Below, piece after piece: positions 29,275 through 37,729 of a stretch of 64,000 bases of DNA. How positions within the stretch are numbered: position 1 is the first letter of the stretch; each line of letters begins with the position of its first letter. A model generated the notes under the pieces. That model worked only from the letters and a program-made list of their open reading frames with translations. It searched no databases and had not been told where the DNA came from. Location: NCBI GenBank assembly GCA_964383365.1, contig CAYLHF010000003.1, forward strand, positions 64,251-128,250, in the 5' to 3' direction. A program made the translations under genes and the position numbers. The stretch comes from an uncultured Rhodothermales bacterium. GTDB taxonomy: Bacteria; Bacteroidota; Rhodothermia; Rhodothermales; UBA10348.

Positions 29275-30189
29275 TCAGGCCGATATTTTTTCAATGATCT
29301 GTGTCGGTTCTGACGATCCAGGACTCGGGGCACGTACGTTCATGTCGAGGCTTCTCGTCTTGTCGATGATTTCCGCGCGACCGGATCGCGGATTTGACGG
29401 TTTGAAGGCAGCCTCCCATTCATCCTGATTCTTCCTTGCGTCCTGAACATAGGCGGATCTCTTGACCAGACCAATCAGGAATCGATTGATACTGGATGCG
29501 ATAAATGGGAGCGGCCGGAGGACATCGACGAAGAGCACGACACGGGTTTCCTCCGAATCATTCCATACCTCGTGTTCAAAGGTGTCATCGAAGATCAGGC
29601 TTTTGCCGGCTTCCCATGATGCGTATTCATCTTCTATCCGGAGACGACAGAGCGTGTGTGGTTCGGGGATCCTGATCCCCAGATGATATCTAATAAAACC
29701 CTTGAAAACACCCCGGTGAGGAGGGATATGTTTGTGCGGAGAAAGAATAGAGAAGAAGGCCGTCGTCATTCCTGGAATCTGCTCGACAAGCCGGGTCGTT
29801 TCGGGACATCGAGAACAATTTGCTTCTGCCTTGTACCCCATTCCGTACAGGAAGTAGGTTTTCCACAGATCGTCGTTTGTTATCGCAGTTTGATCTTTAC
29901 TGATATCCTGGAAACTCGGTAGTCGATTCTTTTCCTCGAGGATTGGAGCCAGTTCAGACTGGATCAACTTCCAGTCCTTCTCGATGACGGATGCCCAGGG
30001 AAACTGTTCACTGGCAAAGAACCGGTGGTTTCCAACGAGCGACCGCCGTGCGATGTAGCCCTCGAGCTTCCACAGGATTTTTCCACCTAAATCTTTTATG
30101 AATCGTCTCCGACGCTTTCTGAACGATATTCCGGACGATACTTTTGGCTGTTCATGGTTAGACTTTTCGGACGACACTCGTAATGTCAT
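29275..30189 (-). CDS. aspartyl/asparaginyl beta-hydroxylase family dioxygenase (LpxO-like)
   Basis: Fe(II)/2OG motif region HKHIPPHRGVFKGFIRYHLGIRIPE ... FDDTFEHEVWN. Confidence 0.8.
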   Translation of the reverse strand: MTLRVSSEKSNHEQPKVSSGISFRKRRRRFIKDLGGKILWKLEGYIARRSLVGNHRFFASEQFPWASVIEKDWKLIQSELAPILEEKNRLPSFQDISKDQTAITNDDLWKTYFLYGMGYKAEANCSRCPETTRLVEQIPGMTTAFFSILSPHKHIPPHRGVFKGFIRYHLGIRIPEPHTLCRLRIEDEYASWEAGKSLIFDDTFEHEVWNDSEETRVVLFVDVLRPLPFIASSINRFLIGLVKRSAYVQDARKNQDEWEAAFKPSNPRSGRAEIIDKTRSLDMNVRAPSPGSSEPTQIIEKISA

Positions 30190-30321
30190 TGTGGTTTACC
30201 CATAGTTAATGAGTGAATCGTGTGACCTCGACAGGAAAAATACCCGGACGAGTCGCGACCGCCGTGATACGTCTTTGTGCACGATCAGCAAAAAATGTAA
30301 CAACACTTCCGGATCAACCCT

Positions 30322-31761
30322 TCAGAGGGACCGCATTTTGCTCCGTACATCCACACCCGTCCAATTCCGCGGGAATCGGCTTTCGAGAGTCGTGTCGTGG
30401 GCGATTCCAATACCGAAAGGGATTCCGCCAGAAAAAATCAACTTCGGCCCGTATGACTCCTTTCCGAGAGAGGGGAGTGACTGTGTCGTGCCACCCAAAT
30501 AGTGAAAGAGTTGCCCGTGGTCAAGATGAATACCCTCTTTTTTGCCATGTTGCCCGAATAGAAGTGCACCGGAGGTCGATAAACGTGGGTATCCACTTTT
30601 TAAATTTACGGCCCGCACGCCACAGGTAACAATTGAAAAAAGATTACTAATTTCAATAGTGCGGTTTACATATGCCTCGAATTTGTTCGAGGAGCCTGAC
30701 TTGACCAGATGGGCAGCAACGGACGGATCGATTCCGAAGCGAGTCAACCACGTCAGGTCTCTGTCAGAGAGGTCGCGTTGTTCGTGCGAAACCTCGGACG
30801 TCGATTCCGTCGTCGCGGGCGTGGAGTCTTCAGAACGGCGGAGAACGCCCACGTAAAACCCTCCGGTGTCGTTCTGGTATGGCCATACCCGCATGGTTCT
30901 GGCGATATCAGGATGTAACCGGGTACCCGACCATTCGGTAACTCCAGGCGAATATTTCAAGCCGGCGACGATGGCTTCTTCGATCCGAAAATCCCGACCG
31001 AGGTCATCTTCAAATAACATTTCGTGTAGGACACATTCGTTCTCCTCTGGTGCCATCGTGCACGTTGAATAAATAACGCGACCACCCGGTCGGCACAATT
31101 GTAGTGCTCGACCGAGAATGCGTTTCTGCTGCCGAACCAGGGACTCGCGATACGTGGACGATGTACGTCCGAGTACCGAACGATTCTTCCTGATTGTTCC
31201 CTCACACGAACAGGGGACGTCGACCAGAATACCATCGAACCTGCCACCGCCGAGGGGAAAATTACCACCATCGTGGGACGTCACAGCCACATTGGTCAGA
31301 CTCAGCCGATCCATCGTCGAACGAACGACACCCAGTCTTTTTTCGTAAAGATCATTGGCGATCACGGTACCCGTTCGATTCATGGCCAGTGCTATCTCCG
31401 CCGTTTTGTTACCCGGCGCGGCACACAGGTCGAGTATACGTTCACCTGGTTGCGGATTTAACAGAAGGACGGGAACGGATGCAATCTCTTCCTGAACGTG
31501 GAAAAATCCCGCCAGATATGCACTCCAGTATTCAAATGCCTCCGTTAAATTGACCCGCCAGCCGTTAGGGATAAATCTGGAGTGACTTCCGAGAACAGCC
31601 GTCTCGCCGAACCAATCTTCGAAGTCGGAGCGATTCAATTTCTCAGGATTTCTCCAGATCGTGGTCGGTAACGGAGCGAGGCATGCCTCAATCAATGCAT
31701 CATAGTCATCGGTTATTGCCCGATAACGCTCCATGGAAGATCCAACAAGCGAGCGAGTCAT
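30322..31761 (-). CDS. RsmB/NOP-family RNA (cytosine-C5)-methyltransferase, RsmF-like
   Basis: DLCAAPGNKTAEIA, DVPCSCEGTIRKN and YSTCTMAPEENE, plus a C-terminal PUA-like extension. 479 aa. An ATGA overlap with the upstream gene. Confidence 0.85.
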   Translation of the reverse strand: MTRSLVGSSMERYRAITDDYDALIEACLAPLPTTIWRNPEKLNRSDFEDWFGETAVLGSHSRFIPNGWRVNLTEAFEYWSAYLAGFFHVQEEIASVPVLLLNPQPGERILDLCAAPGNKTAEIALAMNRTGTVIANDLYEKRLGVVRSTMDRLSLTNVAVTSHDGGNFPLGGGRFDGILVDVPCSCEGTIRKNRSVLGRTSSTYRESLVRQQKRILGRALQLCRPGGRVIYSTCTMAPEENECVLHEMLFEDDLGRDFRIEEAIVAGLKYSPGVTEWSGTRLHPDIARTMRVWPYQNDTGGFYVGVLRRSEDSTPATTESTSEVSHEQRDLSDRDLTWLTRFGIDPSVAAHLVKSGSSNKFEAYVNRTIEISNLFSIVTCGVRAVNLKSGYPRLSTSGALLFGQHGKKEGIHLDHGQLFHYLGGTTQSLPSLGKESYGPKLIFSGGIPFGIGIAHDTTLESRFPRNWTGVDVRSKMRSL

Positions 31762-33776
31762 AGTTTTCCCCGGATACTAACGCGGAAAACCATCTGGTCC
31801 GCTCCTCCGGCAGGATGACGGACGAGGGATACGTTTCCAACATTCAAACCGGTCAGGGCGATACTGATATGGTCGTCCCAGAAATCCTTTTCTACGGATA
31901 CATCCGCGATCAGGAAATCGGGTCTCCTCGATGACGACACGACCTGGTAGTCCGTATAATTCCGAGAGGAAATCCACTCGAGGCGAGCGTACGCGGTGAA
32001 ACGGTCGTTCGGTCTGAGGGAGACGGATAACTGTGCTTGATGTCCGTTATTCTGGGCCACCGCATGTTCGAAGATCGGGTCGCTTCCGGGTAAGACGAGG
32101 GTACTTCCGGAAATCGAGTGTGTATACCAGTAGATGAGTTCCGCCCGGATGTGGCGAGATTTTTTGGTCAGAATCCGCGATCCGGCTGAGAAGAGGGTTC
32201 CGTCAACGCCCTGCACGTATGTCGTGAGGGCATCGAATCTCCGGCTCGACCGTTCGAATTCGCGGAGATAAAGTGGAATATCGACCCCTTGGAAACGTCG
32301 AATGAAAATGAACGGTCGCCACAGGAGCGGCCCCCGAAGCCGTCCTTCCAACTGAAGGTGAATGGTTCGTCTCTGATCTGCCAACCGACGGATAGAGACC
32401 CGGTCTTCGGTATGAAAAGGGAGGGGAATTCCTTCGCGCAACAGCTGTGGAAGGGTATCTGGTTCCTCGTTGGATCGAACGGTGTACGAGAGAACAATTG
32501 AAGCGGCGCTGGCGAACGACAGGCGGGTTTGGCCGGCGAAGCCGGGGCTTCGCCGGCCGGATAGTGTCCTCAACGGAATGCTAAACCGTCCGGATATGGA
32601 GTAGCGGATTCCGGCTCCAAGATTAAAAATAGATCCTGCAGCGGTACGAAAAAACGTACGTTGGATACGTTGTGGTAACCTACGAAAGTCGGTCGATGCG
32701 TATCCGGCCGAAAACCAGGGAGATACCGTGGTTCCATATCGGTCTATCTTGATCATGCCCCGGGTACTCCGTTCGGTCCAACGATTTCCGAAGGATACGG
32801 ACACCGGTCGGGGTCTGAGTGAAACTTCCCGTCGGTCGAAGCGATACGTCAGAGCAAACCGGTTCCCGACTTCAAAATTGCCGGCTGCAGACACAAACTG
32901 CCAGGTTTCCGCGATTGGAGCCTCGGCTCCGAGGACGTCCAGGTAGCGGAAATCCTTGAACCGATTCCCTCCGGCACGAATGGTGTGTCTCGATGTCGGA
33001 CCCAGGTATGAAACGAACAATTCCGGAGCGGAAAGGGTGATACGAGCTCGATCCAGGCCCCTGTATCGAGTCCATATTCTGGGATCGATCCGTGCATCCG
33101 TGGCGTGGTGCGTGTCCCCACGCCAGGCGAGCTGAATGAACCAGGGGCGAGCGCCGTAGGATAGTCGGACATCCGACCTCGGTCCGTCCCGATCGACATT
33201 TGGAGTCGGATTATCTGAAAATCTGCCGGGACCGGGGTCATTTACCTCATTTCCGAAAGACCAGATTCCCCGAATGCTCACCCCTTCTGGCCGGATGGTG
33301 TTTACACGAATCTCACCCGACAAATTATAATAATCCGTTGTCAGACCAGGAGATGCAGCGATTATTACAGAATCTACATCAGAAGGAGAGACGGGAATCA
33401 GATGCTTCTGATCTCCACCGTATACCGAATAATACTGCGGTTGTCCGTCGAGCACGACCACCGGACCCGGTTCACCCGGGAGAGAGAGGGAGAAGAGAGA
33501 GAACGAGGATGTATATCGGTTCAGAGACCGGGTTCGGAACAGTCCAAGGGATTCGAGGGCGTCGGAAAAGCGATTTACACCGGGATTGGCAACGTCTTGA
33601 TACGCGAGTGCGACGACGGGGTCAAAGTCGCTGAGTCCGAGAGCAGAATCACTCCCCAGTTGCTGTCCACTGACATTCCAATTCAGCAGGAAACTCAGCA
33701 ACACCCCTACGATGCCGAATCGACGGCAACCGGGACGTGTCAGAGAAACGATCCGTCCGGACATGAGATGGCTCAT
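31758..33776 (-). CDS. divergent TonB-dependent-receptor-like outer membrane protein (plug-like domain + barrel)
   Basis: Signal peptide, a possible TonB box DPVVALA, a plug-like PVVVLDGQPQYY..VDSVIIAASPG..LSGEIRVNTIRPE, a long beta-rich region, and a C-terminus ..LTGLNVGNVSLVRHPAGGADQMVFRVSIRGKL. Confidence 0.5.
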   Translation of the reverse strand: MSHLMSGRIVSLTRPGCRRFGIVGVLLSFLLNWNVSGQQLGSDSALGLSDFDPVVALAYQDVANPGVNRFSDALESLGLFRTRSLNRYTSSFSLFSLSLPGEPGPVVVLDGQPQYYSVYGGDQKHLIPVSPSDVDSVIIAASPGLTTDYYNLSGEIRVNTIRPEGVSIRGIWSFGNEVNDPGPGRFSDNPTPNVDRDGPRSDVRLSYGARPWFIQLAWRGDTHHATDARIDPRIWTRYRGLDRARITLSAPELFVSYLGPTSRHTIRAGGNRFKDFRYLDVLGAEAPIAETWQFVSAAGNFEVGNRFALTYRFDRREVSLRPRPVSVSFGNRWTERSTRGMIKIDRYGTTVSPWFSAGYASTDFRRLPQRIQRTFFRTAAGSIFNLGAGIRYSISGRFSIPLRTLSGRRSPGFAGQTRLSFASAASIVLSYTVRSNEEPDTLPQLLREGIPLPFHTEDRVSIRRLADQRRTIHLQLEGRLRGPLLWRPFIFIRRFQGVDIPLYLREFERSSRRFDALTTYVQGVDGTLFSAGSRILTKKSRHIRAELIYWYTHSISGSTLVLPGSDPIFEHAVAQNNGHQAQLSVSLRPNDRFTAYARLEWISSRNYTDYQVVSSSRRPDFLIADVSVEKDFWDDHISIALTGLNVGNVSLVRHPAGGADQMVFRVSIRGKL

Positions 33777-34429
33777 TTCAGTACCCGTCTAAGCCACCCG
33801 GGTGTGATGAATCTGACCGTAATACCGGTATGAATACTCAGTAGATCCATGGGAGTCGATGTAAATACGCGTCGATAGACTGCCCGTCCGAACAGAAAAA
33901 CACGCTTCGTAAGTCTTACTTGAGGGCCAACAAATACAGACGTGGAGAACTCGCTCTCATTTCTGACGCCTTTGATCGTTGACTCATCGAACATCATCAG
34001 AAAATTTCCGGTGTCAAATCCGGTATCGAAGGCGACCGGGCCAATAACGTGTAAACGAAACGTTATCCCTGCACGAATGACCGCTGCGGTGAATGAGGGA
34101 CGCAGTCCATTTGTCCCGGAAAAGTTACCGGGCACGTCAGTCCGCCGCCTCGTGTACAGGTCTGTTGGTTCGAACGAGACGATGTCGAATCCGGCGCTGA
34201 CTCGGCCTGCGTAAAATGGGGTCGAAATTGTTACGCCTGCACCATTGCCCGGCGCCCAGAGACGGGAAAATTCTCCGCGTGCATCCCACACCGTTCCACC
34301 GATCATGACGTCGAGCGTTGAAAATGGCCCCGTCGACACCTGAGCCATGGACGGGGCTGAACGTATCGTGCATATACAGGCAAGCGCCAGGACCAGGGCG
34401 GTCAGGCCCGGTGGATTTCTGACTGTCAT
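33773..34429 (-). CDS. small outer membrane beta-barrel protein (hypothetical)
   Basis: Signal peptide LTALVLALACICTIRSAPSMAQ and alternating hydrophobic beta-strand pattern. 218 aa. An ATGA overlap with the downstream gene. Confidence 0.45.
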   Translation of the reverse strand: MTVRNPPGLTALVLALACICTIRSAPSMAQVSTGPFSTLDVMIGGTVWDARGEFSRLWAPGNGAGVTISTPFYAGRVSAGFDIVSFEPTDLYTRRRTDVPGNFSGTNGLRPSFTAAVIRAGITFRLHVIGPVAFDTGFDTGNFLMMFDESTIKGVRNESEFSTSVFVGPQVRLTKRVFLFGRAVYRRVFTSTPMDLLSIHTGITVRFITPGWLRRVLK

Positions 34430-34431
34430 CG

Positions 34432-36051
34432 TTAGAACTGTAGCGCGTATGGTCGGTCAAATTTGAATCGGATTCCGAAAGAGAAAGCCGTTAGAAACTT
34501 TGTTTTCGAAGCCCCCTGTACGTGATCAAGGTTGTCGATAAAATTGAATCCTGAATCAAGTCGAAGAAAAAAATGTCCGGTCGGCTCGTATGCGATACGA
34601 ATGGAGGCCCGGGTAACTCGTTCTACAACTCCTATCAGAATGGTGCCAACGGGTTCGAGCCCCTGAAACAGTCGCAGGTCCTTGTTTCTTGGAAAATCGT
34701 TTCTGATATCTTCCTCCCCCTGCCAGAGAAGATCGATCCGGGGCGTCAGTGTGAGACCGGACAAAACCCCGTCGACGTACCAGTTCAGGCTTGCATAGGT
34801 AGTGACGAAATCCGAAAACTGCGTTGCCAGTCCGCGTTGCAGGTAGACCAGCCGTCCCTCCGGTTGCAGCGTATTGTATGTTCTGGACGCGACGGCAGAG
34901 CCTCCTATCGTCAGGTCGCGGTCAGACCAGATCGACGGAAGTGTGACAGAACCGGAAACGGCGAAGGAAGCTGGTTCGGTGAGATTGAGAAGATCGAAAT
35001 CATCCAAAACTCCCTGAAAGGTGATAATCGATCGATGCGATCGCAACCAGATCGAGAGACCAAGTAGACCGTTATTCTCGTCATTCTTGGGCACATTGTT
35101 CAGGGCAAAAATGACTGGATGCAACGGGTTGGCAAACTTCAAAGACAGTCCGGCGTTCGCCCCCGAGTAAAGCGTTGCATGGGTGATCGTAACTACCGCA
35201 TTACGATTCGGTCTCCAGTCGAGTCGATGTGCAGCGATATACCTCCGTTCGCTCCCGGTACGCACAGAATCGTCTCCCGCAGCACCTGTAAATTGACCGT
35301 CTCCGGTTACGCTGTCGAGTTCTCCGAGAATCGTACGAATCGAAAAACGCTCTCCGCCGATTTTCAGCCCGATCTGATCATATGACCTCGGATTGGAACT
35401 GATCAACGTGGCGTCCTGGGAGAATACCCCCCAATGCCTCGAAAATCTTCCGAATTCGGCTTCGATAAAACGACTCTGATATCGCAGGTATCCATCCTCA
35501 CTTCGGACGAGCCATCTCAAGGCAGAATCCAACCCGTCCGGATCCCGGTCATAATAAAGGTCGTGTCGAAAACCCATCGCCGCAGACACGTTCCCATAAC
35601 TGAGTCTCCCCTGAAACAGAGCATTTTCCCACACATGTTCATCCCGGCCCCTCAGATATCGAAGCTGCTCGACCCGACCATTATTTGATGCCTGTAGGCC
35701 GGGCTGCACGCGAATACCCAAAACGGCATTCCCCGGTTCTGACGGGCTGACAAAGGGGCCGATTGCGTCTTCGAGAAGGGCCAACCATCTTTTCTCCAGC
35801 GGAGACAGCAATTTTCTATCTACCAGATCCACAGATTCTCTGATCCTTCCTTCTGCATACGGGAGATCCGTAGGGTTGAGTTCGAGCAGATATCCGCGGT
35901 TCTGAAGATTCCGAATGGTGGCGTAGAGACCATCTTCGGCCCGGAGTAACTGTCCCTGTTGACCAGACACAGGCGTCGACAGGCCCGACGCGACCAGTAG
36001 GAAAAACGTCAGGAAACGTTTCAAGACCTTGTATTCTCCGTGTGGAGTCAT
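34432..36051 (-). CDS. Wzi-like (capsule assembly family) outer membrane protein
   Basis: Signal peptide. The N-terminal helical motif LYATIRNLQNRGYLLELNPTDLPYA and RHWGVFSQDATLISSNPRSYDQIGL resemble the Wzi N-terminal region and its WWGPG..SL region. The C-terminus is a beta-barrel ending ..FKFDRPYALQF. Confidence 0.5.
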   Translation of the reverse strand: MTPHGEYKVLKRFLTFFLLVASGLSTPVSGQQGQLLRAEDGLYATIRNLQNRGYLLELNPTDLPYAEGRIRESVDLVDRKLLSPLEKRWLALLEDAIGPFVSPSEPGNAVLGIRVQPGLQASNNGRVEQLRYLRGRDEHVWENALFQGRLSYGNVSAAMGFRHDLYYDRDPDGLDSALRWLVRSEDGYLRYQSRFIEAEFGRFSRHWGVFSQDATLISSNPRSYDQIGLKIGGERFSIRTILGELDSVTGDGQFTGAAGDDSVRTGSERRYIAAHRLDWRPNRNAVVTITHATLYSGANAGLSLKFANPLHPVIFALNNVPKNDENNGLLGLSIWLRSHRSIITFQGVLDDFDLLNLTEPASFAVSGSVTLPSIWSDRDLTIGGSAVASRTYNTLQPEGRLVYLQRGLATQFSDFVTTYASLNWYVDGVLSGLTLTPRIDLLWQGEEDIRNDFPRNKDLRLFQGLEPVGTILIGVVERVTRASIRIAYEPTGHFFLRLDSGFNFIDNLDHVQGASKTKFLTAFSFGIRFKFDRPYALQF

Positions 36052-36183
36052 GCCTCGGGATGAATGGGATTGATGATCCGATCCAAGTTATGTGTCGCGT
36101 TGGACATTATCACAGCGAACGGTAGCTTGTACAGAGAATCCCAACAGTATCTGATCTCTCACATCAGACTCGCATTCTGAGAC

Positions 36184-37614
36184 GTGTCCCGACGAACCGA
36201 ATTACTCTTTCTGATTGCCATGGACGCCGTGGCCATCGCGGGTGCCAACGTACTCTGGTATTATGCCCGCTTCGTTCTGGGTTGGTTCTCGAGACCCATA
36301 TACAGTCTGGATTCGGCCGTTCTGGGCATCGTTGTCACGCTATTTACCCTCTTCTGGCTGGTCCTTTTCCTCTTCTATGGACTGTATCGGGAACGATATG
36401 CTGCGAGTCGCTTCGATGAACTGGTCTCTCTCGCAAAAGTGGTCTCGATTGGTATTCTCGGTCTGTTTTTTCTTTTTTTCGTCGATCGTCTGGACGATTT
36501 CTCGGCGAGGCCAAACCTGTTTTTCTACTGGGCTACTCTGGTCACGCTCGTCTCTGCCGGGCGTGTAGCCGTACGATCTGTTCAGAAAGTGCTCATACTG
36601 AAAGGGCACGGGTTACATCGGGCGCTGATCGTGGGCTGGAGCGATCGACTCGATCGCCTGTATCAGGAAGTGGCGAGATATCCGGAAGCAGGTCTGGATA
36701 TCGTCGGGGCTATTCGGCTGAAAAGAAAGGATGCGTCTTCGGAATCAGACGAGCAATACCTCGACTCGTCGAACGAATCATCGGATGAGGAGATTTCCTC
36801 GATATCAGATCTACCACGTTTGATCGATGAACTGAGAGTTCAGGACGTTCTCATCGCTCTTGGCGCAAACGATCAGGATTCGTTGATGGATGTGCTGCAC
36901 TACTGTGACGGAAAGGCGGTGAAGCTGAAGCTGGTGCCGGATTTTTACAGCATCATCGGCGGAATGGCACGGACAGAGCATATGTACGGACTGCCCCTGA
37001 TCGAGGTCTTGCCGGAGCCCATGCAGGGGTGGGAGCAAAGTCTGAAGCGGCTGGTCGATGTCACACTTGCGACACTTGTTCTTGTCCTCGGTCTACCCGT
37101 CTGGATCGTGGTCGGACTACTGATCAAGCTGACGTCGAGTGGCCCTGTAATCTATCGTCAGAAGCGCGTCGGTCGGAAAGGGCGGACGTTTACGATCTAT
37201 AAATTCAGGACCATGCGGGAGAATGCGGAGGCCAGTTCCGGGCCGGTATGGGCCACGCCCGACGATCCGCGATTTACGGGTATTGGTCGCTGGCTTAGAA
37301 AGACCAGGCTGGACGAAATACCTCAATTCTGGAATGTATTCAAAGGAGAGATGAGCCTCGTGGGACCGCGTCCGGAGAGGCCGTATTTCGTGGAGAAACT
37401 CATGAAAGATATTCCGTTGTATGGTCGAAGACACCGCGTCAAACCCGGAATTACTGGCTGGGCTCAGGTCAAGTGGAAGTACGATACGGATCTTGAAGAT
37501 GTCAGACAGAAAGTGAAATACGATCTGTTCTACATCGAAAACATGAGCTTCAGGCGTGATATGCAAATACTGTTCAGAACGATATATACAGCCATTCGGG
37601 GAGGGGGCCACTGA
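36184..37614 (+). CDS. polyprenyl-phosphate hexose-1-phosphate transferase (WbaP-type initiating sugar transferase)
   Basis: N-terminal TM helices and a C-terminal bacterial sugar transferase domain (KRLVDVTLATLVLVLGLPVW..SSGPVIYRQKRVGRKGRTFTIYKFRTM..GPRPERP). GTG start. Confidence 0.85.
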   Translation: MSRRTELLFLIAMDAVAIAGANVLWYYARFVLGWFSRPIYSLDSAVLGIVVTLFTLFWLVLFLFYGLYRERYAASRFDELVSLAKVVSIGILGLFFLFFVDRLDDFSARPNLFFYWATLVTLVSAGRVAVRSVQKVLILKGHGLHRALIVGWSDRLDRLYQEVARYPEAGLDIVGAIRLKRKDASSESDEQYLDSSNESSDEEISSISDLPRLIDELRVQDVLIALGANDQDSLMDVLHYCDGKAVKLKLVPDFYSIIGGMARTEHMYGLPLIEVLPEPMQGWEQSLKRLVDVTLATLVLVLGLPVWIVVGLLIKLTSSGPVIYRQKRVGRKGRTFTIYKFRTMRENAEASSGPVWATPDDPRFTGIGRWLRKTRLDEIPQFWNVFKGEMSLVGPRPERPYFVEKLMKDIPLYGRRHRVKPGITGWAQVKWKYDTDLEDVRQKVKYDLFYIENMSFRRDMQILFRTIYTAIRGGGH

Positions 37615-37729
37615 GACGCGTAATAACCGTCTTTCTCGGAGACTTCAGAAAACGAATGCATTTTCATTCCGACTGTCATGATGGTAGCGCCTATATTTGC
37701 GGCTTCGTCATTTTCCGATCAATCGATTC

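Noticed and set aside
36150-36180. Two mutually exclusive small hairpins just upstream of the WbaP start: TCTGAT..ATCAGA, and TCAGA..TCTGA sharing the middle arm.
   Set aside because: The stems are only 5-6 bp, and over a hundred such stems are expected by chance in this window. There is no conserved riboswitch-like core and no T-tract.
36466-36479. A T6-C-T7 homopolymer pair inside the WbaP-type transferase gene, considered as a possible phase-variation tract.
   Set aside because: It encodes a Phe-rich TM segment (GLFFLFFV). Runs of 6-7 T are short for slipped-strand switching. There is no supporting evidence.
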